This document shows positions 10,633-21,944 of a stretch of 64,000 nucleotides of DNA, piece by piece. The position numbers and the translations under genes are program-made. How positions within the stretch are numbered: the stretch's first letter is position 1; every line of letters starts with the position of its first letter. The DNA is from Candidatus Kerfeldbacteria bacterium (GTDB taxonomy: Bacteria; Patescibacteriota; Patescibacteriia; SBBC01; CAIJZX01): the NCBI GenBank assembly GCA_963731735.1, contig CAVSWO010000001.1, positions 64,761 through 128,760 on the forward strand, given 5' to 3'. A model generated the notes under the pieces. That model saw nothing but the letters and a program-made list of their open reading frames with translations, had not been told where the DNA came from and made no database searches.

Positions 10633-11745
10633 ATGGCAGCATCCCAACGGACGTGGATTGAGATTTCAGGTTCTCATCTACGACACAATTTTGCAGCCTA
10701 TCAAGAGTTGCTTGGCCCGGCAGTCTCGATTATGCCGATCGTGAAAGCTCATGGCTATGGTCATGATGCGCAGCTGGTTATTCAGGCCCTGCGCGGTTTT
10801 CGGACAGCCGGTTATGGCGTCGCACATGGTGATGAGGCGTTGACTATCCGGCAAGCCGGGTATCGCGGCCGGCTGATTGTGCTCAGCTCTTGGCAGCTGT
10901 ATCAACTCCCGGAGTTGCTTAGCCAGTCGATTGAATTGGTGGCCTGGGATTGGCCATCCTTGGCTCGGCTAGAAACTCGGGCGCGGTCCGGAGGTCGGGT
11001 AGCGGTTCATCTCAAATTAGATACGGGAACCAGCCGGATCGGTTGGTTGCCGTCTGACCTCCCAAAACTTTACCGGTATTGCAAGTCAACCAGGCTACAA
11101 ATCAAGGGGGTATTTTCCCATCTGGCCAATGCCGAAGAATCAGGTCGAAACTTTACCCAACAGCAAGTAAAACGTTTTACGACACTAATAACGCCGTTGC
11201 TCTCTATCCAGGGGATACAACCGCATATTGCCTGTACCGCATCACTCGGCCGCTATCCAGAGGCTCATTTTGGCCTTGTACGGCTAGGTTTCGGGCTGTA
11301 CGGGTATTTGCCGTCACCGGCGGTTGAAACATGGAATAAAGCCAATCAGGCTAAATTGCGATTACAACCGGTTTTAACGTGGAAAACCCGAGTCCTTCAG
11401 GTTAAACGCGTGCCGGCCGGTACCGCCATTGGCTACGGGTCAACCGCCAAAGTTAAACGCGCAAGTTGGATCGGGATTTTGCCGGTTGGATACTATGACG
11501 GTTATGATCGGCGATTATCCAATTCCGGCTGGGTACGAATTGGTAACCGGACGGTACCGATCATCGGACGGGTGTGTATGAACCTGACCATGATCAATCT
11601 CGGACAGCGTGCTTGCCGTCCCGGTACGGAAGTTACCTTGGTCGGATCACGGGTGCCAGCCACGGACTTGTGTCAGGCGGCCGGTTTGTTCAGTTACGAA
11701 TTTTTAAGTCGGATAAACCCGGAAGTCAGCCGGAGACTGGTATGA
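10633..11745 (+). CDS. alr: alanine racemase
   Basis: VKAHGYGH PLP lysine, HLKLDTG, IGYG, GYYDG, GRVCM. Confidence 0.95.
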   Translation: MAASQRTWIEISGSHLRHNFAAYQELLGPAVSIMPIVKAHGYGHDAQLVIQALRGFRTAGYGVAHGDEALTIRQAGYRGRLIVLSSWQLYQLPELLSQSIELVAWDWPSLARLETRARSGGRVAVHLKLDTGTSRIGWLPSDLPKLYRYCKSTRLQIKGVFSHLANAEESGRNFTQQQVKRFTTLITPLLSIQGIQPHIACTASLGRYPEAHFGLVRLGFGLYGYLPSPAVETWNKANQAKLRLQPVLTWKTRVLQVKRVPAGTAIGYGSTAKVKRASWIGILPVGYYDGYDRRLSNSGWVRIGNRTVPIIGRVCMNLTMINLGQRACRPGTEVTLVGSRVPATDLCQAAGLFSYEFLSRINPEVSRRLV

Positions 11746-12783
11746 GTTGGTGGTCACGCAAAAAACGTAAAGTACCCGAGCCAGCCCGCCCAAAAACCCA
11801 GCAGGCGGAAAATCCATTGTACGCTTCAACTGATCCGTCGATTCAGGCTTTTCGACGACGAGTGCTCTATACGACCGGTACGATTGTGGCCGGCATCGTG
11901 ATCGGATTGGCAATCTATGGACCCTGGTTGCGCGTTACCGACGTGCAGATCCGCGGCACACGCTTACTTGACCCTCGCAGTCTCCAATCGGTTACGCAAA
12001 CGTATCTCGATAGTCAGCGTTGGTTGCTCATACCCAATCGAAACGTTTGGTTGCTTTCGCGAGGTCATTTGGCAAACTATTTAACAAAGAAAATTTCCCA
12101 GCGCCTTTCGATTGAACAGGTCAGCGTTAAGAAAAGCTATCCGCATACAATCACGGTCACGGTGGCCGAACGCGTCCCGATCGTCCGTTGGCAATCAGGG
12201 CAACAGCAAGTCACCGTCGACCGTCATGGGGTAGTGATTGAAAGTATCCAGACAGATACCACCGACCAGATACCGCTGGTCCAGGATCAATCGGGCCGTA
12301 GCGTAACGATTGGCCAGCAAGTCATCGCCGCCAATGGAATGGCCGCTATTCAGGAAATACAGCGGCTGTTGACCGAACGCCAACGGAAAATTGAATATTT
12401 TATTGTCCCATTAGCCAATTGTCCGGCTCCGCCAGTGATCGCTCCTGAAGAGACACCGCCGGGTGACCAAACCAATTCGAATCTTAACGCCGCCCAAACA
12501 CCGGTCGTAAATGTCAATCAGGATACCAATCTGGCTGGGCAGAGCGATCTCGGGGTGAATGCCAGTTCAGCGCCGGACCTGCCAGTCTGCGACCAAGCAA
12601 AGCTCCAACTGGAGAGCGTCGAAATTCATGTCCAGCTGGCTGACGGTCCAAAACTGCTGTTTGACCGATTACAAGATTTACCGAATCAGGTTGCGATTGC
12701 CGAGCGGGTACTTGAAGATCCAGACGAACGCCCAAGCTTCCTATATTGATGTCCGGTTTGGGGACCGGGTCTACGTCCAGTAG
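11742..12783 (+). CDS. ftsQ: FtsQ/DivIB-type POTRA-domain cell division protein, frameshifted near 12723
   Basis: TM, POTRA (V.KSYPHTITV.VAERVP). The C-terminal YIDVRFGDRVY motif is in the adjacent frame; removing one base near 12723 joins them. Confidence 0.75.
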
Positions 12784-12867
12784 GTTTCCGCTCTCTTTAG
12801 AGACGTAAAAGAAATATTCTGCGACTCTAGATATTCTTGAAACGCCCTAGATGCTGGGCTCCCCTGG

Positions 12868-14236
12868 CTACGGGAGATACTGTAATGGATTGACCGGGAT
12901 CCCGTCTTTGTAGATAGCGAAGTGTAAATGCGCGCCCGTAGTATGACAGGTCACGCGTAAAATGCCACCCGAATGGCAAGCTATACCGGCACCCCAGGTG
13001 TACGGCAAGCCACCGCTATAGCCGAGTTTTTGACCCTGGACAACAATATCCCCTTCACCGACCGCGATCTTGTGCATATGCAAGTATTCCGTCAGGTAGC
13101 CGTCGCTATGTTCAATAATCAACTGGCTCAGGCAGGCTTCCGGTGACGGACTCGGGAAACAGCGAACTTGTTTGACTATTCCCGCCGCCGGTGCCGAAAC
13201 GATCGTATCTTGTGGAACGGCGATATCGAGCGCCCGATGTCCGGATTGAAAATAGGTGGTTATGACTCCATGGACGGGCCAGATGAAACCATCAAAATTA
13301 AAAGTCGGCTGCTCCCCCGCCGCCCGTTGCTTGATTGCACTCGCGACTTGCTGGATGTACGCATAAGCCGCCTGTTCTTGTTTCACGGCTTGTTCATACA
13401 GAGCTTCTGATGAGTTCTGAGCTGATTCAGCTTGGACCAAGAGACTGGATTGTGTCGATTTCAACCCTTCTTGGCTTTGCGCCTGCAGCTCGAGCTGAAG
13501 TTTGGCCTGTTCGACGGCATCTTTTTGATCCTGCTCGTCACTTTGTTTGGATTCAAGCTCCTGGCGTAGACGTTGCAAAGTTTCGACCGACGATTGAATG
13601 TTATCGGTAACCGTGGCCGTTGATTGGTAGGCGTCGAAAAAATCGTTGAAATTATTGTAGACGAGCAAGAGCGATAGCGTTGAGGTACGAGAATTCTTAT
13701 CGAGCAAACGAATATATTCAGCCAGCTGATCGCGTGAAGAATCGATTTGATCGGACTTGGCGTCTAATTTCGTGCTGGAGCTGCGTTATTTGTAAATCGT
13801 GTTTCTCAATTTCAGTCTGTTTACTCTTAATATCCAAATCCAATAATGCGATTTCATTATTAATCAAAGAAATTTGGGACTGAATCCCCTGGACCTGATC
13901 TTGGTATTGAGAAATTTGCTGTTTGTACTGATCTGCCTGGGTACTGATTTGTTCAATCTCTTTGCGTTTATCTTCAATCTGGTTATTTAAATCAGCAATG
14001 TCTTGGGCTTGCAGATCCTCGGGGTTAGGCGGTGTTGAACCGGTGCAATTCCCTTGCGCATCAACCAGCGGACATGGGCCAGTATCCTGACCAAAAGCCT
14101 GTTTGATACTCGGCCCGGTCATCACAAAAACAGCCAACATGAGCAAGCTGGCCAAAGAGACAGTTATGACTTTTCGTGTGTGTTTTTCGGGCTTCATCCG
14201 AGTTCCAAGGCTACCATGAAATCGAAGGTTTGTCAA
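12868..14236 (-). CDS. M23 peptidase / EnvC-like murein hydrolase activator with coiled coil, frameshifted near 13765
   Basis: Two ORFs: signal peptide plus coiled coil (13718-14236) and M23 domain HRALD...YLH...HLHF (12868-13707). Removing one base gives QHEIDAKSDQIDSSRDQLAEYIRLL. Confidence 0.8.
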
Positions 14237-15708
14237 CCCTCAAGTTTGGTGGCGATGGTTGTGAGTCGACGGACTGACTCTTCGGGTCCGAGCAGCGCGA
14301 GCAAATCAAATACATCCGGACTCCCCCGACGGAGCGACAAGCCTACTCGCGCCGGCCACAGCACCGCCCCATTCGTCAGGTTAGCATCTTTGATGGCCGC
14401 CAATGCAATGCTTTTCAAGCCAGCTGGATCCCAAGGAGACGGTTGCCGCTTCAGCCACTCCGTAAACCACTGCAGGTCCTGTTTGACCTTTTCCGGAGTA
14501 CCTTTTTTCGGAATTAGCAACTCGCCAGTGAAATCCTTTTGCTCCGTGTCCCAAACGGGTCGAAATACAAAATTTATCAATTCGTTAATTTCCCCCAACC
14601 GTATCATGCGTTCTCGGACTAACTCAATTGCGCGGGTTTCAAAATCTTCACCGGGTGAATCGGATGGAATTTTCCAAAAAGTTTTCAATCGGTCGCGTAA
14701 TTCTTGACTGGGAAATTGACGAATATACCAACCGTTCAGCCAGTCAAGTTTGGCTTGATCGAACTTGGCTCCGGAAGGATTAACGTCTTCGAGACGAAAT
14801 TGCTGCAGCATGTCCTCCATACTCAAAACTTCGTTTTCACCTTTCGGATGCCAACCCATCAGGACAAAAAAGTTACGCATAGCTTCCGGGAGATAGCCCA
14901 GGTCACGAAAGGCCAGCGCCGAGGCGGCCCCGTGGCGTTTTGAAAGTTTTGAACCATCGGATCCTAAAATAAGTGGCAAATGCGCATAGATAGGCGGCGC
15001 CCAGCCTAACGCATGATACAGCCAAATATGTTTCCCGACTGATGGTAACCATTCTTCAGCCCGAATAACATGGGATATTTTCATGGCATGGTCATCGACC
15101 ACCACCGCCAAGTGATAGGTTGGAAACCCGTCGGACTTCAGCAACACACTATCATCCAGTTGATGGAATGCGAAAGTAACCCGCCCCCGAATCAAATCTT
15201 GATGTTCAATCGAACCGCTGGCCGGTAAATTCATCCGAATAACCGCCGCCTCTCCCCCGCGCCGACGAGCCTCGACGTCAGCAGGTTTTAGTGTCGCACA
15301 ATGTTTATCATATCTGGGCGGTTGTTTCGCGGCCGTCTGCTGTTTTCGTAATTGGTCCAAGCGCTCCGGTGTACAGAAGCAGTAATAGGCTTTATTTTCG
15401 GCTACCAATTGTTCGGCATATTTTTTATACCGTTCAAGACGTTGGCTTTGAATATACGGACCGTATGGCCCGCCTTGCTGTGGACCCTCATCAGGCGTTA
15501 GGCCGTACCAATCGAGGGCTTCAAAAATTCGATCCGCACTGCCGGCCACCAGGCGTTTCTGGTCGGTGTCCTCGATCCGGAGGACGAACGTGCCCTGGTG
15601 CTGGCGAGCAAATAACCACTGGAACATGGCGATCCAAATTGTGCCGATGTGGACTTCACCGGTTGGTGATGGTGCTAAGCGGACGCGGACGGAATTATGA
15701 TCGGCCAT
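14233..15708 (-). CDS. gltX: glutamyl-tRNA synthetase
   Basis: RLAPSPTG, HIGT (HIGH), LRIEDTD, KLSKR. ATG 15708 overlaps the upstream gene end. Confidence 0.96.
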   Translation of the reverse strand: MADHNSVRVRLAPSPTGEVHIGTIWIAMFQWLFARQHQGTFVLRIEDTDQKRLVAGSADRIFEALDWYGLTPDEGPQQGGPYGPYIQSQRLERYKKYAEQLVAENKAYYCFCTPERLDQLRKQQTAAKQPPRYDKHCATLKPADVEARRRGGEAAVIRMNLPASGSIEHQDLIRGRVTFAFHQLDDSVLLKSDGFPTYHLAVVVDDHAMKISHVIRAEEWLPSVGKHIWLYHALGWAPPIYAHLPLILGSDGSKLSKRHGAASALAFRDLGYLPEAMRNFFVLMGWHPKGENEVLSMEDMLQQFRLEDVNPSGAKFDQAKLDWLNGWYIRQFPSQELRDRLKTFWKIPSDSPGEDFETRAIELVRERMIRLGEINELINFVFRPVWDTEQKDFTGELLIPKKGTPEKVKQDLQWFTEWLKRQPSPWDPAGLKSIALAAIKDANLTNGAVLWPARVGLSLRRGSPDVFDLLALLGPEESVRRLTTIATKLEG

Positions 15709-16465
15709 AGTGTCGATGCAAGAGAGTTCGGACAAAGTTCCAGGTGGCATTATACACCCGTTGGCGTCGATGCCGCGGATCGTGGAACTTTCCGGCCTGC
15801 AGCCAGGTCCAAAGCCATTCTAAACCACCGGCCCGGACCCAGCGCGGAGGACGCTGAATGGCGCCGGCCAAATAATCAAAAGTTCGCCCGATTCCGATCG
15901 CTAACTTAACCTGGTGCAAAGCTTGGCGATGCTGCGCTATCCAGAGCTCCTGTTTCGGCGCGCCCAGCGCGACCAGGAGAATATCAGGTTTCGCCCGATG
16001 AATCTTTTCTATTACCCGATGATCAGCTAACCGTTGCCACCAACCGCGGTACCCTGATTCAAATCCCGCGATATGCAGCTTTGGATAGGTACGCTTGAGA
16101 GCCACACTCGCACGTTCGGCAATGCCCGGCGCTCCTCCATACAGAAAAACACTGTATCCCCGCTGCGTGGCGCGTTCGAGTAAAGCCAGAACAAAATCCA
16201 CGCCGGGTACCCGATGTTTGAGCGGCTGTCGAATCAGTCGTGACCCAACCCACAGTCCCATCCCATCCGGTAACGACAAATCACTCTGGTTGAGAATCTT
16301 GAGAAATTTTGGATGTTGACTGGCTTCCAGTAAGAATTCCGGGCCGGGCGTCACCACCTGGTGAAAGCCTCCAGACCGAATCATCTGCTCAGCGCGATCG
16401 ACCGCCTCACCTAAACTCAGATCGTCAATCCGGACATCCAGCATCGTATGGGTAGGTTTCGGCAT
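15695..16465 (-). CDS. WecB/TagA/CpsF family glycosyltransferase
   Basis: PDGMG, RVPGVDF, VALGAPKQE, GLEWL. ATG 16465 lies 7 nt after TAGAAT. Confidence 0.92.
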   Translation of the reverse strand: MPKPTHTMLDVRIDDLSLGEAVDRAEQMIRSGGFHQVVTPGPEFLLEASQHPKFLKILNQSDLSLPDGMGLWVGSRLIRQPLKHRVPGVDFVLALLERATQRGYSVFLYGGAPGIAERASVALKRTYPKLHIAGFESGYRGWWQRLADHRVIEKIHRAKPDILLVALGAPKQELWIAQHRQALHQVKLAIGIGRTFDYLAGAIQRPPRWVRAGGLEWLWTWLQAGKFHDPRHRRQRVYNATWNFVRTLLHRHYGRS

Positions 16466-16506
16466 AGATTGCATTCTACTCGAAAAAGTGCTATACTTCA
16501 AGCAGT

Positions 16507-17943
16507 ATGTGGAAACAAACACTCACCCTGGTTGCCATTATTTTGGGAATGGTTTGGTTTGCCCCAACAGCCAAAGCCGCGCCGGGTAGCTTTAACGCTA
16601 ACCTGGTGATTTTTGATGATGAAATGACAAATTATCAGGGTTTCTCGACTGATTGGGTACAAGCCTTCCTGAACAACCAACCCGGGGTCTTGAAGAGCTA
16701 CACAACCGGAGGAAAATCCGCCGCCCAAATAATTTATGAAACGGCTGCCAAGTATCATATCAATCCGCAGTTCCTGCTGGCCAATATGCAGAAAGAATCA
16801 AGTATCTTAACCCGCACAAGTTTTGGCAGCCTCGGTCAACAATACTACTTAGACTGGGTTATGTTCTACGGATGGTGCGACAGCTGCTCAACCGGGTCCA
16901 ATAAAGGTTTTGCTAATCAAGTCGAGGCGGCGGCCTGGCAATTTCGACGCTATGTTGATCAAATTGCCGTCAATGGATATACCACCTATGGCGGTTGGGG
17001 TCCGGGGATAACTAAATCAATGCAATGCATCGCGAGTGACGCAAATCGCGGACTGTGTACCAATGGCACGACCATTCAAATCACTCCAGGGAATGCCGCC
17101 ACCGCCGCCTTGTACGCTTACACGCCGCATCCCGGCGGCAACTATAGTTTTTGGTCGATTTGGAAAACGTTTCGATTCGATTTAGTTCGGAAATATCCGG
17201 ACGGTTCATTAATCCGAGCGGCCGGTGACCCACGGGTGTGGTTGATTCAAAACGGCCGGAAACGCTGGTTCACCAATAGCACGGTCTTTACCTCGGGGTA
17301 CAGTTTCGCGGACGTGATTAGCGTTCCGAGTGACCACCTCTTGCTGTATCCGACCGGGACCGAAATTAGTTACCCGAACTATTCGCTGCTGGCTTCGCCA
17401 TCAGGCGGCATTTATCTCCTTTCGAATGACACCAAACGTCCGATAAAATCACGACAAGCCTTTAATGCGGCCGGTTTTGATTGGGGTCGGATTATTCATG
17501 TCGATTGGAAGGAACTAAACAAATATCCAGACGGCACGGAAGTGACTGTCAATAACGCCTACCCGGCTGGTCATTTGCTCCAAAATAATCAAACCGGCGC
17601 GGTATATTTTGTGAAGGATAGCAAGCGTTACCCAATTGTCTGTCGCGAAATTCTCTATTCGCAATTCAACCACTCCCCGATTTCGGCCGTGGCACCCGCT
17701 GAAATCGCTAAATTTACTGAAGGGCCGCCGGTTGGATTTAAAGATGGTGACCTGGTGACCGCCGGCAGTACCGCGTACTTTATTTCACAAGGCTATAAAT
17801 TACCGATCGCCGATCCGGAAACCTTTAACGCCTATCGGTTCGGTTGGGGTAATCTTCGGCACGTCAGCGATTCCTGTCTGAAAGTCCATCCAACCGGTCC
17901 GCAGTTAACCGTGACCCAACCCGTCCAATCAGCGAGTCAATAA
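16507..17943 (+). CDS. secreted protein: lysozyme-like N-terminal domain plus C-terminal ~60 aa repeats
   Basis: Signal peptide; AAQIIY.TA.KY.INPQFLL...QKESS; repeated G.Ll....VYli..G.KR.i units. Confidence 0.6.
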   Translation: MWKQTLTLVAIILGMVWFAPTAKAAPGSFNANLVIFDDEMTNYQGFSTDWVQAFLNNQPGVLKSYTTGGKSAAQIIYETAAKYHINPQFLLANMQKESSILTRTSFGSLGQQYYLDWVMFYGWCDSCSTGSNKGFANQVEAAAWQFRRYVDQIAVNGYTTYGGWGPGITKSMQCIASDANRGLCTNGTTIQITPGNAATAALYAYTPHPGGNYSFWSIWKTFRFDLVRKYPDGSLIRAAGDPRVWLIQNGRKRWFTNSTVFTSGYSFADVISVPSDHLLLYPTGTEISYPNYSLLASPSGGIYLLSNDTKRPIKSRQAFNAAGFDWGRIIHVDWKELNKYPDGTEVTVNNAYPAGHLLQNNQTGAVYFVKDSKRYPIVCREILYSQFNHSPISAVAPAEIAKFTEGPPVGFKDGDLVTAGSTAYFISQGYKLPIADPETFNAYRFGWGNLRHVSDSCLKVHPTGPQLTVTQPVQSASQ

Positions 17944-17946
17944 TCC

Positions 17947-18718
17947 ATGGCGATTGTTTTTGCCGCAGTTGTGCCGCATTCACCACTGCTCGTTCCGGGT
18001 ATCGCAAAAAATCATCAACGTCTTTCGAATGGGGACCCGTCAAATGGTGGCGCAGCTGGGAGAGGAACTGCACGCCGCACAACCTGACGTTTGGGTGGTG
18101 TTAAGCCCGCATGGTCCGGCCCTTACCGGCAGCGTCGGGATAGCAGTCGATGAAAAACTCCAAGGGAGTTTAGTTGATTTTGGCGATATCCAAGATCGGT
18201 TGGAGCTCCCAGGCAGTCCAAAATTAGCTCATAGTTTGCGTCAACGGGCGGAAGACCAGGCGGCCGCCGTTAATTTGTATACCCCAGCCAGTCTTGATTA
18301 TGGCGTGGTGGTGCCGGTGATGCTGTTACAAGGACCGACCCCGGCGGCCGTCTTGCCGATTGATTTGGGAGGGTTACAGGAGTCCACGGCTATTCATTTC
18401 GGACGGGTGCTTGGCGACTGGGCCACCGAACGTCATGAACGAATTGCGGTGCTGGCTTCGGCTGACTGGTCCCGGCGTGAACAACCCGAACATCCGAACC
18501 AAGAACGCCCAACGCCGGAGGAGCGCCTCGTCTCGGAGGCAATTTCGGCTGTTGATCCGGCTCGCATGGTGCAACCCCAACCGTCCGACACCTGCGGTCA
18601 TCTACCAGTACTGACATTACTGGCCGCAATGCAAACACTCAACGCCCACGGCGTAATTCGATCATTTGAAGCACCCTATGGCGTTGGTTTGCTGACAGCG
18701 GCTATCATGCCACATTGA
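17947..18718 (+). CDS. LigB/MEMO-like class III extradiol dioxygenase-fold protein, frameshifted near 18025
   Basis: ATG 17947 gives MAIVFAAVVPHSPLLVPGI (family N-terminus). The second frame has VLSPHG, LDYG, LASAD, CG, FEAPYGVG. Confidence 0.75.
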
Positions 18719-18719
18719 T

Positions 18720-20462
18720 ATGCTGGTTAACGTTGTTCCGCTGCGACGGCTAAGCGCAGATCACGATTGGTTTACCTACGAGCTGCCGGATGAAGTTCTG
18801 GTTCCCATCGGAAGCTTGGTCGAAGTGCCTTTTGGGCGACAACAAATCCGCGGCATAGTCTGGGAACCGGCCAGTCAGGCTCCGGCCCATCTCAAAAAAG
18901 TAACCCGCCCGCTGATCCCGAGTACGGTGGTATCACCATGGCTTCGTTTATTGGCATCGCTTGTTGCCCAAACCTATCAGGTGTCATTGGCCTCGATCCT
19001 GCAGACCGCGCTACCAACTTTTCCCAAGAAAATCACCGATGATTGGATTCCGGCCAGGCAACAGTCCGCCGTCTCAAAACCGGACCCACAAACACTTTGG
19101 TATCGCGATCGGAAGTTTGCTTTGGAAGCGCTGGAAAATTGGATTAGCCAGTCACCGACGCGCCCGACGTTGGCTGTATTTCCTACTATTGAAACCGCGA
19201 CGGAAGCTTATAACCGGTTAGCTAAAAAGTACTCCCCCACCCTCGTAACCAGTCAACTGCCACCCGCCGCCATCAGAAAAATATATCGCGGTATTTTAAC
19301 TGGATCGATTCAAACAGTGATCGGTACAGTTTCGGGGCTCTGGTTACCTTGGCCGTCATTTCCCTCGCTGTGGGTTGATCAGGAAGAACACCCCGGACAC
19401 AAGCAACTCCGACAACATCCCCGTTTACACCTGCCGTCGTTGCTGGCGTCGCTGCCAACTGACCAAACCGTGACGACTCCGGCTCCGAGCGTCTCGTGGT
19501 ATCATCTTCACCAACCCCCCAGCCCTCCTCCAGCCGGTCAACGCATGCTTTGGCGATTGGATCAGCCCCTCGTCCATCCATGGATTACGGCGGAGTTTGG
19601 CGATGCTCTTCAACGAGCAACCCCTCGTCAACCGATTTTTTGTATCCTTCCCCGCCACGGCGATGCGCATCTGTTCCGTTGTCCTGAATGTAGTTTTATT
19701 TTACGCTGCAAACACTGCCAGACCATTGCCAGAATTACCAACCAGCAGTCGCCACAAACCTGTCAAATTTGCCGCCAACCAATCGCCGTGCCGACGGTCT
19801 GCCCGAATTGCCAAAGTCCGAAATTTGGACCAAGCGGTTTATCACGCACAACTTTTTTTCAACAACTCGCCAGTCGCTATCCGGAGCTGACTGTTCAATC
19901 GACCTGGCCGGCCGACCAAGAATTTGCGCTTGGCATCGGTACCTATCAGGACGTCCGTCATTTGCAAAACGATCGTGATTGGCAAGCCGGAGTGTTTGTC
20001 AGCGGTGACAGTTTGCGTTCCTGGCCGGATTTTTCCGCGGATGAACGGGCCTGGCAATATACCGCCCGAGTAGCCAGTCAATTGCCCGCTACACCAATCG
20101 CCATCCAAACGTACAATCATCAGGATGTTTTTTGGCAACGTTGGGTAACCCATAATGACCAGGCCTGGTACGCCCATGAACTTTCGCTACGAACCACCTT
20201 GGCATTACCGCCGATGGTTGATTCCTGGATCATGACCTATCCCGGTCCGGCGCCGGAGCAAGCCGTTTCGGTTGCGCTCCAAGCGCTTGAAAAATTCACT
20301 GCGCGCATTACGGTCCGGCGCTTACCACGCGAGGTCGGCCAACGTTCTGAACGACTTTGGATCGCCGCCAAGGGTATCCAAACGGTCACCGAGATTCTCC
20401 CGGCTACACTCTTCCCGTTCCCCTGGCAACGAGACCCGCATGTGACGTCGTGGTTGACTTGA
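18720..20462 (+). CDS. priA: PriA-like primosomal protein (degenerate helicase)
   Basis: FTY...VPFG...GIV 3'-binding domain, DQEEH, four CxxC motifs, IQT; upstream of def-fmt. Confidence 0.75.
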   Translation: MLVNVVPLRRLSADHDWFTYELPDEVLVPIGSLVEVPFGRQQIRGIVWEPASQAPAHLKKVTRPLIPSTVVSPWLRLLASLVAQTYQVSLASILQTALPTFPKKITDDWIPARQQSAVSKPDPQTLWYRDRKFALEALENWISQSPTRPTLAVFPTIETATEAYNRLAKKYSPTLVTSQLPPAAIRKIYRGILTGSIQTVIGTVSGLWLPWPSFPSLWVDQEEHPGHKQLRQHPRLHLPSLLASLPTDQTVTTPAPSVSWYHLHQPPSPPPAGQRMLWRLDQPLVHPWITAEFGDALQRATPRQPIFCILPRHGDAHLFRCPECSFILRCKHCQTIARITNQQSPQTCQICRQPIAVPTVCPNCQSPKFGPSGLSRTTFFQQLASRYPELTVQSTWPADQEFALGIGTYQDVRHLQNDRDWQAGVFVSGDSLRSWPDFSADERAWQYTARVASQLPATPIAIQTYNHQDVFWQRWVTHNDQAWYAHELSLRTTLALPPMVDSWIMTYPGPAPEQAVSVALQALEKFTARITVRRLPREVGQRSERLWIAAKGIQTVTEILPATLFPFPWQRDPHVTSWLT

Positions 20463-20496
20463 AATTCGTTCGTTTTTCCCGTACACTCCGCCCCGT

Positions 20497-21006
20497 ATGC
20501 GATCGCGCACAAAATTACCACTCTGGTTGTTAGCCAAGCCCAAGCAGGCGGAGGTACTCCGGATGCCCGCCTCACCTGTCGTGCATGCCGACATTCAAAC
20601 GGATGCCTTTCAAGACTTGATTGATGATATGCTCCAGACGATGGTCCAGGCTCACGGAGTTGGTTTGGCCGCCCCACAAATCGGCCGTTCGATTCGACTG
20701 GCGGTGATTGACGGTTACGCGAATCATCGTGACCAACCCTACGTGTTAATTAACCCGACGCTCAGTCGCATGAGCAGTCAGCAAAATGACCTGGAAGAAG
20801 GGTGCTTATCAATTCCGAAAGTTTTTGGCGAAGTCCCTCGCGCTTCTCGCCTCCAATTGGACGCGCTTGATCGCGACGGCCAATCCTATACCATCCAGGC
20901 CGAGGATTTTTTCGCCCGGGTAATTCAGCACGAAGTTGATCATCTGAATGGACGGCTGTATATCGATCGGATGCATCATCTCACCAAGGGTACGTTACCA
21001 TCATGA
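20497..21006 (+). CDS. def: peptide deformylase
   Basis: GVGLAAPQIG, EGCLS, QHEVDHL. Confidence 0.96.
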   Translation: MRSRTKLPLWLLAKPKQAEVLRMPASPVVHADIQTDAFQDLIDDMLQTMVQAHGVGLAAPQIGRSIRLAVIDGYANHRDQPYVLINPTLSRMSSQQNDLEEGCLSIPKVFGEVPRASRLQLDALDRDGQSYTIQAEDFFARVIQHEVDHLNGRLYIDRMHHLTKGTLPS

Positions 21007-21944
21007 CCACGCGTTTAGTCCTGTTCGGTTCGGGTGAATTTGGGGTACCAAGCTTTCAAGCCCTGGCACAAGATCCACGTTTTACCGTCGTCAGCGTTGT
21101 TAGTCAGCCACCCAAGCCATCTGATCGCGGTCAGCAGCTGCGCCCCACACCGGTCCAGGTTTGGGCCGAGGCCGCTGAGTTACCGGTAATTACTCCCGGT
21201 TCAGTTCGCGATCCGGACGTTGGTAAACAACTCGCGGCCTTACAGGCAGATGCCTGGGTTGTCATCGCCTATGGGTTTATTCTCCCACCGGAACTCCTGG
21301 CTCTGCCGCCTCGCGGTATTCTCAACGTTCACGCCTCATTACTCCCAAAATATCGGGGGGCCAGCCCGATTGTGGCCGCCTTGGTCGCAGGTGATCAGCA
21401 AACCGGCGTAACTTTTATGCAAATTGACGCCGGCGTGGACACGGGTGGCAGCCTGCGAACCTACACCGAACTGATCAAACCGGATGACACCACGCCAGTA
21501 TTGGCCGAACGCTTAGCTCGACTGGCGGCCCAACATTTGCCAGATGATCTCCAAGCCTGGCTCAACCAAGAAATTACACCGGTGCCACAACCGTCAGATG
21601 GAGCCAGCCGCGCGCCAAAATTATCCCGCCCAGACGGTTATGCCACCTGGAATTCAGCCGTCGAATGGGAACGGAAAGTCCGAGCCTACACCCCGTGGCC
21701 ATCCGTTTGGACGACCTGGCGCGGGCAGCGATTAAAAATCCTGGCGGCTAAAGTCGTCAAGGGTCAACCAACAGAACCTCCAGGAACCGTGATCCCAGGA
21801 TCTAACCAATCGTGGATGATTGCCTGTCAAGACGGCTACCTTGAACCGATCCAAATTCAGTTGGCCGGCAAACGCCCGCAGGCGGCCGATTTGTTGGTCA
21901 AGAATTTTCCAGACCTGATCGGCACGCGTCTCGGAAACGACTAA
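21003..21944 (+). CDS. fmt: methionyl-tRNA formyltransferase
   Basis: NVHASLLPKYRGASPI, DAGVDTG. Confidence 0.95.
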   Translation: MTTRLVLFGSGEFGVPSFQALAQDPRFTVVSVVSQPPKPSDRGQQLRPTPVQVWAEAAELPVITPGSVRDPDVGKQLAALQADAWVVIAYGFILPPELLALPPRGILNVHASLLPKYRGASPIVAALVAGDQQTGVTFMQIDAGVDTGGSLRTYTELIKPDDTTPVLAERLARLAAQHLPDDLQAWLNQEITPVPQPSDGASRAPKLSRPDGYATWNSAVEWERKVRAYTPWPSVWTTWRGQRLKILAAKVVKGQPTEPPGTVIPGSNQSWMIACQDGYLEPIQIQLAGKRPQAADLLVKNFPDLIGTRLGND

